Position numbers and translations under genes: made by a program. From the NCBI GenBank assembly GCA_964483885.1, contig CAZADO010000183.1, forward strand, positions 1 to 42,519: a stretch of DNA of 42,519 nucleotides. The letters run 5' to 3'. Within the stretch, counting starts at the first letter, position 1; the number at the start of each line of letters is the position of its first letter. The stretch comes from an uncultured Alphaproteobacteria bacterium (lineage in GTDB: Bacteria; Electryoneota; RPQS01; DYHQ01). The notes beneath the pieces are model-generated. The model was not told where the DNA came from, searched no databases, and saw only the letters and a list, made by a program, of their open reading frames with translations. Below, piece after piece: positions 19,905 to 29,176 of the stretch.

Positions 19905-21305
19905 TTATTTTTCCAAAGCAGCTTTCACAGCCCGAGTAAGCGCTTCTGTCTGTCCGGGGAAAATCGTGCGAAAATCAAGAAAATATCGGTCATCTTTCAG
20001 AAATCCGAGGACAGCAGGAGTTTCTAAGCGCAAACGCCGTGCCCACTGGTGCGGTCGTAGAGTGCGAGGACAGAATGCCAACGCCGCACTGGGCAATTCT
20101 TCAGCGGGTAAAGTCCCCGAACCGGTCTGCGCGGAACTTTTTTCGACGTCCAGATCCGCCCAATCTGTCCAATTTTCGATGCGATGTTTGAAATCCGAAA
20201 CGCGTTGTCGCACGCTTTCTGTCGGTTCCACAAGACGCTCGAAAGTGGGCAAACATTCTGGCAGTCTGTCACGATTAAAAAAAAGTTTCAGTGTCGCCGA
20301 AAGAGCAGCGAGTTGAAGTTTGTCCGGACGCAAAACGCGCAGCAGTGGATGGCGTCTCAGTTTTGCAATTAGTTCACGCTTTCCAAGGATAATGCCGGCT
20401 TGCGGGCCTCCAAGCGCTTTATCGCCTGAGAAAAGAACAAGATCCACACCCGCTTCGAGGCTTTCGGAAACCGTCGGTTCCTCGGGAAGACCCCACTTTT
20501 GCCAAGACCAAAGCAGCCCTCCACCCAAGTCATCCACAACCGGTATTCCGTGCTCTTTTCCCAGCGCTACCAGATCCGCAAGCGGTACCGTCTCGGAAAA
20601 ACCTTCGACTTTGAAATTGGAAGGATACGCACGCAAAATCAGAGCTGTCTTTGGAGTAATCGCTTCTGCGAAATCCGTTAGTCGAGTTTTGTTGGTCGTG
20701 CCGACTTCCACAAGCTTGGCACCGGAACGCTTCATGATTTCCGGTAGCCGAAAACTCCCCCCTATTTCAATGAGCTGGCCGCGAGAAACGATGACTTCTT
20801 TCCTCGAAGCCAGAGCGCTTAAAACCAGAAACACACCCGCCGCGTTATTGTTGACAACCAGAGCTGCTTCAGCGCCTAAAAGCCGCTCGAAGTCATCAAT
20901 GAGAAGGTCCTGCCGTTCTCCACGGCGACCGCTTTTTAAATCGATTTCAAGACTGCAATAGCCTTGGGCAACTTGCGCAACAGCTTCTTGTGCTTCCTTG
21001 GCCATTGGTGCTCGACCGAGCCCTGTATGAAGAATAACGCCGGTTCCATTTATCATCGGCTGCAATTTGCTTTGCAGCCATAAGCGAAGTTCCACCGCTG
21101 CCATCTCAGCAATTTTATCAGCTTTCGCAATCGCTCGCGTGTCCGTTGCGCGCTCACGTTCGCGGTCTAAAACAACTCGTACAGCTTGGGTAATAAAATC
21201 AGGCGCGAAACTTTTATGGAAATGCGACAAGCTTTCTTGCTGCAATACCGTGTCCACTGAGGGCAACTGACGTCGCGGATCCTTGAGATTCTGTTCGTCG
21301 CTCAT
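19905..21305 (-). CDS. selA: L-seryl-tRNA(Sec) selenium transferase
   Basis: 466 aa. N-terminal RQLPSVDTVLQ and the PLP-lysine region FSGDKALGGPQAGII. The ATG overlaps the upstream stop (ATGA). Confidence 0.9.
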   Translation of the reverse strand: MSDEQNLKDPRRQLPSVDTVLQQESLSHFHKSFAPDFITQAVRVVLDRERERATDTRAIAKADKIAEMAAVELRLWLQSKLQPMINGTGVILHTGLGRAPMAKEAQEAVAQVAQGYCSLEIDLKSGRRGERQDLLIDDFERLLGAEAALVVNNNAAGVFLVLSALASRKEVIVSRGQLIEIGGSFRLPEIMKRSGAKLVEVGTTNKTRLTDFAEAITPKTALILRAYPSNFKVEGFSETVPLADLVALGKEHGIPVVDDLGGGLLWSWQKWGLPEEPTVSESLEAGVDLVLFSGDKALGGPQAGIILGKRELIAKLRRHPLLRVLRPDKLQLAALSATLKLFFNRDRLPECLPTFERLVEPTESVRQRVSDFKHRIENWTDWADLDVEKSSAQTGSGTLPAEELPSAALAFCPRTLRPHQWARRLRLETPAVLGFLKDDRYFLDFRTIFPGQTEALTRAVKAALEK

Positions 21306-22852
21306 AGCGAACTTTCAAGAATAAGGCGGAAGCCTTCAAACGGTTGAACGCGGCGGCAGAATCCATTGGAGCAGCGCAGTCCGCCTCGCTCACGTCCTCC
21401 AAAAACGATGACACGATGATGATCTTCGCCAAAGGAGTAGCCTATTTCAGCCGACGGCCACAAAGCTCCTTCCTTCTTGCGAAGCTCCTCGTCATCCGTC
21501 CACTGAATTTGCACTTCCGCAGAAAGATTTTCACCGTCGTTCCAACCGACAAATGCGAGCTTGTCGAAAAACTCGTCATCGTTTCGGCGATCCCTCACCA
21601 AAAGAATCTCTCCTCCGAGATGAATCTCTTGCATTTCGCTGATAGGGGCTGTAACTTCTGATGTCAGCCAGTATTTCTTGAACCAGAATTGCGTCTGTGC
21701 TTCTTCACTTAATCCCGCTTCCAATTCAAGACCATAACCTGACGTCCATGTGTTTTCCGCAGATGCGAAATATTCCCAATAGGGCTTGTCACGTTCTTGG
21801 AATGTCGGACGCGGAATTCCTTCCTGACTTTCCGCATGCTGACTCGAATGATTGAAATGAGTCAGGAGATACAGATTATCACCGAAATAGCCGCTAAGTT
21901 CAAGCTGAAAACCTACATCATCTTCCGGATAGAAGACGTGAGGTTCGCGGAATTGCAGAAGCCGCGGCCCGATTTCACGACTGACCAACGGCGGATTCTG
22001 AAAAGGAGTCCAACCGCGATAGCGGTAGTCTTTGTAATTGAAAAGCAGAGTGAATTGATGATAGGTCGTCGTGATGTCGAAATAGGCGGCATGTCCGGAA
22101 ACATGTTTCGAACCCAAATCGGTTTCTTTCCAGGCGAATTCTCCCGATATCTGAGAAGGTCCAATGGTCGCTATCCCACCCACAGCGGGAAGATTCGCTT
22201 CCGGATAATCCGTTGAGTCAAGATGGACGAAACTTGAGTTCAGCGACCATCCGGATGAAAGCGAAACTTCACCATGAATGCCGGTTACGCCTTCTTCGGA
22301 AACCAGAAAACCGGGACGCGCTCGTGAGAGACCTTTGAGAGCAATCACCGATACCGGCCCCTGTCCATAAGCGAGCCGCACTCCGTCCAATTCACTGTCA
22401 AAGAGAATTTCCCGGTCTTCGAAAAGACTCAACGCCAAGCCATAACCGAAAACTTCCGCGAAATGGCCGACACGAAGAGCGAGAGGATAAATTTGCGCTT
22501 CAATGTATCGCTTGTCCAAATCCGTTTCATCTTCAACGCCAAAGAAACGCTTGTCAACATCCGATGGTCGATAATGAAGAACGCGTCCGCCCATTCGAAG
22601 ATTATTGTAGGCAATATTCAAGCGCAACTGGTTTTCAAAGAAGCTTCGATTGCTTCTGTTATCCGGAAAATCCGCGGATTTCTGAGGATCGACTTCACGA
22701 CCTTCATCGAAACGCAACAGGTTTGATCCGTTGATGGTGATTCCCTGCGCCCATACGAACGAAGGAGAAGCCAGAGCAATCAAACAGAAAAAATATAAGA
22801 AACAAAGTTTATTCACTCGAAGGATCTTCAAGGAGTTTCTCAAGGAGCTCAC
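21302..22852 (-). CDS. Predicted outer-membrane beta-barrel protein of unknown function (possibly DUF6029-like)
   Basis: About 505-516 aa. Signal peptide ...FFCLIALASPSFVWA-QG. The remainder is rich in alternating hydrophobic/polar strands (YGLELEAGLS, AEVQIQWTD, AEIGYSFGED). Start is GTG 22852 (44-nt overlap with tlpA) or GTG 22816 (MNKLCFLYFF..., 8-nt overlap). The family assignment is from memory only. Confidence 0.55.
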   Translation of the reverse strand: MSSLRNSLKILRVNKLCFLYFFCLIALASPSFVWAQGITINGSNLLRFDEGREVDPQKSADFPDNRSNRSFFENQLRLNIAYNNLRMGGRVLHYRPSDVDKRFFGVEDETDLDKRYIEAQIYPLALRVGHFAEVFGYGLALSLFEDREILFDSELDGVRLAYGQGPVSVIALKGLSRARPGFLVSEEGVTGIHGEVSLSSGWSLNSSFVHLDSTDYPEANLPAVGGIATIGPSQISGEFAWKETDLGSKHVSGHAAYFDITTTYHQFTLLFNYKDYRYRGWTPFQNPPLVSREIGPRLLQFREPHVFYPEDDVGFQLELSGYFGDNLYLLTHFNHSSQHAESQEGIPRPTFQERDKPYWEYFASAENTWTSGYGLELEAGLSEEAQTQFWFKKYWLTSEVTAPISEMQEIHLGGEILLVRDRRNDDEFFDKLAFVGWNDGENLSAEVQIQWTDDEELRKKEGALWPSAEIGYSFGEDHHRVIVFGGRERGGLRCSNGFCRRVQPFEGFRLILESSL

Positions 22853-23324
22853 TTAATTCGTCGATTTTTTGGATTTTCCCCCGATAGACTTTCTGCACTT
22901 CTCCCGCGGAATCAAGGATGACTGTGTACGGCAGAGAAACTCCCCCATAGCTTTTTAGGACTTCACGAGTCGGATCAAGCAGCACCGTGAATTCATAGCC
23001 GACACTTCGAATAAAGGATCTGACTTTGCTTTGCGTTTTCGAATTGTCTTCCGCAATTGCCAGAATCTGAACGCCTTTTTCCCGGTAGCCTTCAAAGATG
23101 GATTTGTATTCCTTCATCTCCTGCTTGCAAGGGCGGCACCATGTTGCCCAGAAAAGCAGCATCGTCGGCCCATTACCTAAATTCTCGGATAAGGTGTATC
23201 GCCCTCCATCCAAATCTTTCAACGTCCAGCTTGTCGGAGCAGCGGACAGCGTCGTGAATAAAGAGCCGAAAATGAACAGTACGGCAAAAATCCCTGCAAA
23301 CCACATCATCTTGGGGCGGCGCAT
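22809..23324 (-). CDS. TlpA/ResA-like periplasmic thiol-disulfide oxidoreductase
   Basis: 171 aa. N-terminal anchor/signal, thioredoxin fold with active site WATWCRPC, and the cis-Pro region VSLPYTVILD. AGGAGG lies 7 nt upstream of the ATG. Confidence 0.85.
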   Translation of the reverse strand: MRRPKMMWFAGIFAVLFIFGSLFTTLSAAPTSWTLKDLDGGRYTLSENLGNGPTMLLFWATWCRPCKQEMKEYKSIFEGYREKGVQILAIAEDNSKTQSKVRSFIRSVGYEFTVLLDPTREVLKSYGGVSLPYTVILDSAGEVQKVYRGKIQKIDELSELLEKLLEDPSSE

Positions 23325-23336
23325 AGCAACATCCTC

Positions 23337-24086
23337 CTATCGTAGCAGATACAACCGATACGTCTTAAACTCCGTTCCCATGTTCAGCTTAGCAAAATAA
23401 ACACCTGTCGGCAAAGATACTCCATTCGTGTTTGTCGCAGACCATCGCAGACGATACGAACCTGTATTCAACCATTGTTGATTCAGTACAGTCGAGACTT
23501 CCCGACCGAGCAAATCGTAAATGGTCAACTCCACCGCTTCTCTGTTAGGAAGTGAAAATTCCAATGTTGTTTCGCTATTGAAAGGATTTGGATAGGAAAT
23601 GAGTTCGACGCCCTCCGGTACAGCATACCATTTTACCACGTCTCCGACATTCTCATTAATAAGCGTGAACTGAATCGTTTGCGGATGTTCCAGATCGCGA
23701 GCAGCGGTTAGCGTGGCGGTGAAATGTCCGGAATCCCCAACATCCGTCATGAAAACATCAAATGATACCAGTGAATCTCTTTCATGGGGTTGATAGAAAT
23801 TGTTGACGTCATTGATACCGGGAGGATAGCAGCCGCTATCGTTGCAGATGCTAATCGTCCAGTTTTCATCCGGGAAATCGATTGGTTCGACATTAAATTT
23901 GACCCATTGCGTATCGTCAATCATGCTTTCAAATTCAGCATGAAAAATCACCAAGTGATTGGGTTCGCTGTAGCGAACGAGTGTATCCGCTGTAAAAGAA
24001 AAAGTCTGTGCGAAACCGCTGATTGTGATAATGAAAGGAATAAGCAGTATCGCTAAAAGCTTCAGCCCTGATCGAAAGTCTCTCAT
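23337..24086 (-). CDS. Secreted protein of unknown function with a T9SS (Por) C-terminal sorting domain
   Basis: 249 aa. Signal peptide ...ITISGFAQ. The roughly 150-aa N-terminal domain has no motif I recognise and contains CNDSGC. The C-terminus YPNPFNSETTLEFSLPNREAVELTIYDLLGREV...GVYFAKL is typical of a T9SS type A C-terminal domain. Confidence 0.7.
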   Translation of the reverse strand: MRDFRSGLKLLAILLIPFIITISGFAQTFSFTADTLVRYSEPNHLVIFHAEFESMIDDTQWVKFNVEPIDFPDENWTISICNDSGCYPPGINDVNNFYQPHERDSLVSFDVFMTDVGDSGHFTATLTAARDLEHPQTIQFTLINENVGDVVKWYAVPEGVELISYPNPFNSETTLEFSLPNREAVELTIYDLLGREVSTVLNQQWLNTGSYRLRWSATNTNGVSLPTGVYFAKLNMGTEFKTYRLYLLR

Positions 24087-24099
24087 CCTTTTTCCTTCC

Positions 24100-25068
24100 C
24101 TATTCCGCCAATAGTAAATCTACCAAAGCTCGCAATTCATCATACGTTACTTGTCCAAGACGATAGCGAATCACGCCTCGTTTGTCCACTAAGAAATTTG
24201 TGGGATAAACGGCAACATTGTACGTTTGACCGACAGTGTGATCATCCAGTAATAGCGGGAATGTCAAATTGTGCTGGATACGATAATCCTGTATATATTC
24301 CAATCCGTCCCATGAATTCACCGCCAAAATCTGAAAACCGTTGTCGCCGCCGGATTCTTCATACACCTGCTGCAGATAGGGAAATTCAAGAGCACAGGGT
24401 ACACATGCTACAAACCAGAAATTGACAAGGATGACGTGGCCGCGCCAATCATGAAGTGAGAAATCTCGATTCCAATCGCTGGGGAGTGTAAAGGAATTGG
24501 CAAGGTTGTTAACCTGATTCCCCAATGCCCAGGGAGTAAAACTCACGGTGATGGATAAAGTGTCTGCCCCGATGACTTCGTCTCGCCATAGAGCCGGCAA
24601 ATCTGTTGCCGCTTCCGGCATATAAACAGATATGCGATAAGTTCCCACTCCAATTTCCGAAAAGATCTGCGGCGGTGTTTGGCCGTAGGCTTCCCCATTG
24701 AGCAGGAGTGTTACTCCACTTGGACACGCCGGCATTCCGAGAAGTTCAATGGCACCGGTCGCTGCCAGACTTGTGAAAAGCGACGCCTGTATGGTATCGA
24801 ATTGGAGCACTTCCACCACGGTGTCCACAGGAAGAAAACCTGACTTCCAAACAGAAAGATTCCGCAAGCCGGTCGAAATCCCACTGACCACTGCTGGCGT
24901 TCGCTGTCCGATTTCAACATCGTCAAGAGTGATATGCGCGTCGAGAATCTCTGTTTGGGCAGTATCGAATAGACGGACTTCAAGGGAGCCGGTTTGAAGT
25001 TCAGGTGATTCTTCAATCGTGCAACCCAACCACCAAATGCTTATGAGTATGATCCCTATCCATTTCAT
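24100..25068 (-). CDS. Lipoprotein: N-terminal PEGA/beta-sandwich-like domains fused to a TlpA-like thioredoxin domain
   Basis: 322 aa. Lipobox-like WWLGC-T. Segments such as LRNLSVWKSGFLP and GTYRISVYMPE look PEGA-like. The C-terminal thioredoxin fold has VNFWFVACVPC (CxxC) and VAVYPTNFLVD (cis-Pro). Confidence 0.7.
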   Translation of the reverse strand: MKWIGIILISIWWLGCTIEESPELQTGSLEVRLFDTAQTEILDAHITLDDVEIGQRTPAVVSGISTGLRNLSVWKSGFLPVDTVVEVLQFDTIQASLFTSLAATGAIELLGMPACPSGVTLLLNGEAYGQTPPQIFSEIGVGTYRISVYMPEAATDLPALWRDEVIGADTLSITVSFTPWALGNQVNNLANSFTLPSDWNRDFSLHDWRGHVILVNFWFVACVPCALEFPYLQQVYEESGGDNGFQILAVNSWDGLEYIQDYRIQHNLTFPLLLDDHTVGQTYNVAVYPTNFLVDKRGVIRYRLGQVTYDELRALVDLLLAE

Positions 25069-25080
25069 ATCGTCTCGTCT

Positions 25081-25596
25081 CTATCCATATAGAGCGCTGT
25101 CAAAATTCCGTCCCCAGAATTTCGCTAAAAAGCGAGCGTGACAGCGAAAAGCCAACCTCGGTAGATTGTCTTCTTCGAAAAATCCCAAATCCATCGCATC
25201 GTCCCCCGCTTTCAGTTCTCCTCCGAGAACTCCTAAGCGGTAGCAAACGACGAGCACATCACCGTAAAATCCTTCTAAATCACTGCAAGCGTCCCAGATG
25301 TCCAGGATTCGGCATTTCAGATTGGTTTCTTCTTTGATTTCTCGGAGAGCAGCTGCCGTAATCGTTTCTCCACTTTCAATGAACCCGCCCGGAAGACACC
25401 AATTCCCTTTCCCGGGTTCGACAGCCCTTTTAACGAGAAGAACACTGCCTTGCCGCTCGATGAGGGCAACGACAGATGGAATCGGATTTATATAATGAAC
25501 ATGATTGCAGCTTGTACAAACAAGGCGCGGGTAATTATCGATCAATTCCGACGTGAGAGGTTTTCCACAAGTGCTGCAATATCGCAATGTTCTCAT
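25081..25596 (-). CDS. NUDIX hydrolase with N-terminal zinc ribbon
   Basis: 171 aa. CSTCG...CTSCNH is a zinc ribbon. Nudix box GGFIESGETITAAALREIKEETNL. Confidence 0.85.
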   Translation of the reverse strand: MRTLRYCSTCGKPLTSELIDNYPRLVCTSCNHVHYINPIPSVVALIERQGSVLLVKRAVEPGKGNWCLPGGFIESGETITAAALREIKEETNLKCRILDIWDACSDLEGFYGDVLVVCYRLGVLGGELKAGDDAMDLGFFEEDNLPRLAFRCHARFLAKFWGRNFDSALYG

Positions 25597-25597
25597 T

Positions 25598-26755
25598 TTA
25601 TTTCTTCGACGCCGCGTCTCGTATCAGTGAGCGGGCAATGACCATACGCTGGATCTGATTTGTGCCTTCATAAATTTGCGTTATTTTGGCATCGCGCATG
25701 AATTTTTCAATCGGATAATCGCGCATATAGCCGTAACCGCCGAAAATTTGGACGGCATCCGTCGTCACCTTCATTGCCACGTCGGAAGCCATCAGCTTGC
25801 ACATCGCAGAAACTTGCCCAATATTTCTTGCATCGGAATCAATCATGCGAGCAGCGGCATAAACCAATGCGCGCGCGGCTTCGATTTGAGTGGCCATATC
25901 TGCCAACATAAATTGGATTCCCTGCAAACTTGCAATCGGTTGACCGAATTGAACGCGAGTTCGCGCGTAATCCACGGCAAGATCGAGCGCGCCCTGCGCG
26001 ATGCCCAAAGCCTGTGAGGCGACTCCGGGTCGGGATTTGTCCAGCGTTTTCATAGCGACTTTAAACCCCTCGCCCTCACGCCCGATGCGATTCTCGACGG
26101 GAACGCGGCAGTCATCAAAAATAATTTCGCGCGTTGCAGATGCGCGAATACCCATCTTATCTTCTTCTTTACCGAGCTTAAAACCGGGATAATCATCCTG
26201 CACAATAAAAGCGGATGCGCCGCGCGTGCCTTTTTCCGGATCTGTCAGAGCGATAACAGTATAAATGTGAGCGACACCACCGTTTGTGATAAAAACTTTC
26301 GTACCGTTCAGAATATAGTGATCCCCATCGCGCTTGGCTCGCGTGCGGAGTGAACCTGCATCGGAACCTGCTTCAGGTTCTGTCAAACAAAAAGCCGCGA
26401 GATGCTTCCCCTCAGCGAGCTCGGGAAGGTAGCGGTTTTTCTGTTCTTCGTTCCCTGAAATGATAATGGGGAACATTCCCAACGCGGAAGCGGCAACGGC
26501 GAGAGTCACTCCGGCGCAGGCTTTCGCAAGTTCTTCGCTGACAATCGCCAGTTCCAAGACTCCCTGACCGGTTCCGCCATATGCTTCGGGAACCACGACA
26601 CCATAAAGGCCGGATTCGGCGAATATTTTGACTAAATCCCAGGAAAAGATTCCCTCGCGATCAAGCTTAGCCGCTAAAGGTCGGACTTTTTCGTCTGCGA
26701 TTTTCCGGACAAGATCTCGAAGAGCAGTTTGTTCCTCTGTTAAAAAGTAATCCAT
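25598..26755 (-). CDS. Acyl-CoA dehydrogenase (short/medium-chain, butyryl-CoA dehydrogenase-like)
   Basis: 385 aa. CLTEPEAGSD, and C-terminal QIFGGYGYMRDYPIEKFMRDAKITQIYEGTNQIQ containing the catalytic Glu. Confidence 0.9.
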   Translation of the reverse strand: MDYFLTEEQTALRDLVRKIADEKVRPLAAKLDREGIFSWDLVKIFAESGLYGVVVPEAYGGTGQGVLELAIVSEELAKACAGVTLAVAASALGMFPIIISGNEEQKNRYLPELAEGKHLAAFCLTEPEAGSDAGSLRTRAKRDGDHYILNGTKVFITNGGVAHIYTVIALTDPEKGTRGASAFIVQDDYPGFKLGKEEDKMGIRASATREIIFDDCRVPVENRIGREGEGFKVAMKTLDKSRPGVASQALGIAQGALDLAVDYARTRVQFGQPIASLQGIQFMLADMATQIEAARALVYAAARMIDSDARNIGQVSAMCKLMASDVAMKVTTDAVQIFGGYGYMRDYPIEKFMRDAKITQIYEGTNQIQRMVIARSLIRDAASKK

Positions 26756-26833
26756 TGAGGCCCTCTCTCCCCCAGCTGCGTTTATGTTAGTTCTTCAAAC
26801 TCTGTGAACGCTATTCTTAGCGTCGAATTCGCG

Positions 26834-27607
26834 TCAACTCATCTGGGAATCAGGAAGCAATCCTAACGTCTCTACCGCTTGACATGCCGCCATTTGTTCA
26901 GCGATTTTTTTTGAGCGTCCCTCACCTCGTCCCAGCTCCTTGCCATCCAAGAAAACTTCCACAAGAAAGTTTTTAGCATGATCCGGCCCACTTTCGCGGC
27001 GAAGAATATAGGTGGGATTCGGCAGCGCATGCTGCTGCGCGTGTTCCAACAGCAGGCTTTTGTAGTTGATGAATTCCGGACGCTGGATAATATCTTCCCA
27101 GTTACTCAGCAATCCATTTTCGATAAAATGTCGAACGATTTTATAGCCGCCATCCAGATAAAGCGCACCTAAAAGCGCTTCATAGGCATCTTCTAATATC
27201 GAACGACGGGAGCGCCCTCCGGTTCTCGCCTCATTTTCTGAAAGAAAGATATGTTTTCCAAGATCCAACCGTTTAGCTTCTTTCACCAGCACGGAACCGG
27301 ATACCATCACGGATTTGATTTTGGTAAGTTCTCCTTCGACTTTTTCGGGAAAAGAATGGTAAAAGAATTCGGAGGAAATCAAGTCCAGAACAGCGTCACC
27401 CAAAAACTCCAGTCGTTCATTAGCATGGATACGCTCTTGACTTAGATCCACCAGACAACTCCGGTGCTTCAGCGCACAACAAAGATGTGTGAGATCTTTG
27501 AAGCGATAGCCTATTTTATTTTCGAGTTCTTGGAGGTTCGCCAGCGTTTCTCTGTCAATGCCATAATGCTTTGGTCTGCGAAACCATTTTTTCAAAAACG
27601 CACGCAT
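26834..27607 (-). CDS. rnc: Ribonuclease III
   Basis: Signature ERLEFLGDAVLD and a C-terminal dsRBD (...KKIAEQMAACQAVETL). The track ORF starts at GTG 27667, inside fabF. I prefer ATG 27607 (MRAFLKKWF...), which lies 16 nt after the fabF stop. Confidence 0.9.
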   Translation of the reverse strand: MRAFLKKWFRRPKHYGIDRETLANLQELENKIGYRFKDLTHLCCALKHRSCLVDLSQERIHANERLEFLGDAVLDLISSEFFYHSFPEKVEGELTKIKSVMVSGSVLVKEAKRLDLGKHIFLSENEARTGGRSRRSILEDAYEALLGALYLDGGYKIVRHFIENGLLSNWEDIIQRPEFINYKSLLLEHAQQHALPNPTYILRRESGPDHAKNFLVEVFLDGKELGRGEGRSKKIAEQMAACQAVETLGLLPDSQMS

Positions 27608-27623
27608 GAAAATCACTTTCGCG

Positions 27624-28865
27624 TCACGATTCGAACCGGCGGACGGCAATCGTGGAGTTGTGTCCACCGAAACCGAAGGTGTTCGAAATCGCGATGTTCA
27701 CCGGACGCTCTTCAGCATGATTCGGAACATAGTAGAGGTCGCATTCGGGATCTTGATTTTCCAGATTAATCGTCGGTGGGATAATGTTCTCGCGAATGGT
27801 AAGAACTGTTGCAATGAGCTCGACAGCTCCGGCAGCACCCAGAAGATGGCCGATCATCGATTTTGTAGAAGACACCGCCAGCGAATCAGCATGCGCGTTG
27901 AAGACAGCTCGGATGGCACGGGTTTCCACAGGGTCTCCGACATCGGTGGCTGTACCGTGTGCGTTGATATAATCGACTTCCGTCGGAGCGATTCCGGCAT
28001 CTTTAAGCGACGCGGTCATAGAACGAACCGCCCCTTTGCCTTCCGGGTGAGGTGCTGTAATGTGATAAGCATCGCCGCTGGCTCCGGCTCCGATGATTTC
28101 CGCATAAATCTTAGCGCCTCGCCGCTTCGCGTGTTCCAGTTCTTCCAAAATGAGAATCCCGGAACCTTCACCAATCACAAAACCATCCCTATCGCGGTCG
28201 AACGGTCGACTGGCTTTCTCAGGGGCGTCATTTCGAGTAGAGATGGCTTTCATAGCATTGAAGCCTCCGACACCCGGGGGATTAATTGCTCCTTCCGTGC
28301 CGCCGGCCACCATCACATCCGCTTCTTCATGCTCGATGAGTCTTGTGGCCATATGAATCGCGTGCCCGGAAGTGGAACATGCCGACATCGTAGCGAAATT
28401 CGGACCGCGGAAGCCGTGACGGATGGAAATTTGACCTGCGGCAATGTCTCCAATCATCATCGGAACAAAGAAGGGATGCATGCGGCGCGGCCCTTTCTTG
28501 TCGATAATGCGACATTGCTCAAGGAAAATATCCATTCCACCGATACCTGATCCGACAATCACACCGACATTTTCTCGCTCAACACTGTCATTCAAAATTC
28601 CGGCATCAAGAATGGCTTCTTCCGCCGCAGCGATAGCATAGCGCGTAAACGGTTCCATTCGACGTGATTCCTTGGGATCAATAATCGAATCTAAATTAAG
28701 ACCTTTCACTTCACAAGCGAAGTGCGTGGCGTAGTCCGTCGTATCAAAGTGAGTAATCGGAGCGGCGCCACTTTTGCCAGTCTTCAGATTCTCCCAATAG
28801 TCCTTAACGCAATTGCCGACCGGGGTAATCGCTCCCATTCCGGTGATAACTATTCGGCGCTTCAT
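27624..28865 (-). CDS. fabF: Beta-ketoacyl-ACP synthase II
   Basis: 413 aa. Active-site Cys in MSACSTSGHAI, His residues in INAHGTAT and KSMIGHLLGAAG. Confidence 0.95.
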   Translation of the reverse strand: MKRRIVITGMGAITPVGNCVKDYWENLKTGKSGAAPITHFDTTDYATHFACEVKGLNLDSIIDPKESRRMEPFTRYAIAAAEEAILDAGILNDSVERENVGVIVGSGIGGMDIFLEQCRIIDKKGPRRMHPFFVPMMIGDIAAGQISIRHGFRGPNFATMSACSTSGHAIHMATRLIEHEEADVMVAGGTEGAINPPGVGGFNAMKAISTRNDAPEKASRPFDRDRDGFVIGEGSGILILEELEHAKRRGAKIYAEIIGAGASGDAYHITAPHPEGKGAVRSMTASLKDAGIAPTEVDYINAHGTATDVGDPVETRAIRAVFNAHADSLAVSSTKSMIGHLLGAAGAVELIATVLTIRENIIPPTINLENQDPECDLYYVPNHAEERPVNIAISNTFGFGGHNSTIAVRRFES

Positions 28866-28879
28866 TGCAGTAAATTCCT

Positions 28880-29134
28880 TTACTGTTTGGCTGAAAGTTT
28901 TTCCTGAAGATAAGTGATGGCAGAACCGACGGTTTGCATTTTTTCAGCATCTTCATCCGGAATCTCAAGGTCGAATTCCTCTTCAAATGCCATGACCAAC
29001 TCAACGGTGTCGAGAGAGTCCGCTCCAAGATCTTCGATGAAAGAAGCGGTTGGTGTGACGCTTCCGATATCGACCTGCAAGCGGTCAGCGATAATCTCTT
29101 TCACCTTCACTTCAAGGTTGTTGACATCCGCCAT
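28880..29134 (-). CDS. acpP: Acyl carrier protein
   Basis: 84 aa. Phosphopantetheine site [19 protein letters not shown]. Confidence 0.95.
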   Translation of the reverse strand: MADVNNLEVKVKEIIADRLQVDIGSVTPTASFIEDLGADSLDTVELVMAFEEEFDLEIPDEDAEKMQTVGSAITYLQEKLSAKQ

Positions 29135-29176
29135 GATAAATCTCCTGTGAATTGTGGTATTTGACTTTTGTCTAAC

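Noticed and set aside
21302-25068. Possibility that one of the thioredoxin-fold genes is a selenoprotein (UxxC/CxxU), given the adjacency to selA.
   Set aside because: Both redox motifs are encoded as Cys-x-x-Cys (CRPC, CVPC) with no in-frame TGA. Neither ORF is interrupted, and neither continues in frame past a TGA stop.
26808-26823. Small hairpin ACGCTA-TTCT-TAGCGT downstream of rnc as a terminator.
   Set aside because: It has only a 6-bp AT-containing stem and no U-tract on the minus-strand RNA. That is too weak to call.
27606-28550. 314-aa plus-strand ORF antisense to fabF. Similar long antisense ORFs occur at 19277-19939 (opposite nfeD), 20320-20961 (opposite selA) and 13690-14253 (opposite selB).
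   Set aside because: They lie entirely inside strongly motif-supported minus-strand genes. Their translations are Arg/Ser/Cys-rich and low-complexity with no recognisable motifs. They are typical shadow ORFs on the opposite strand of GC-richer coding sequence.
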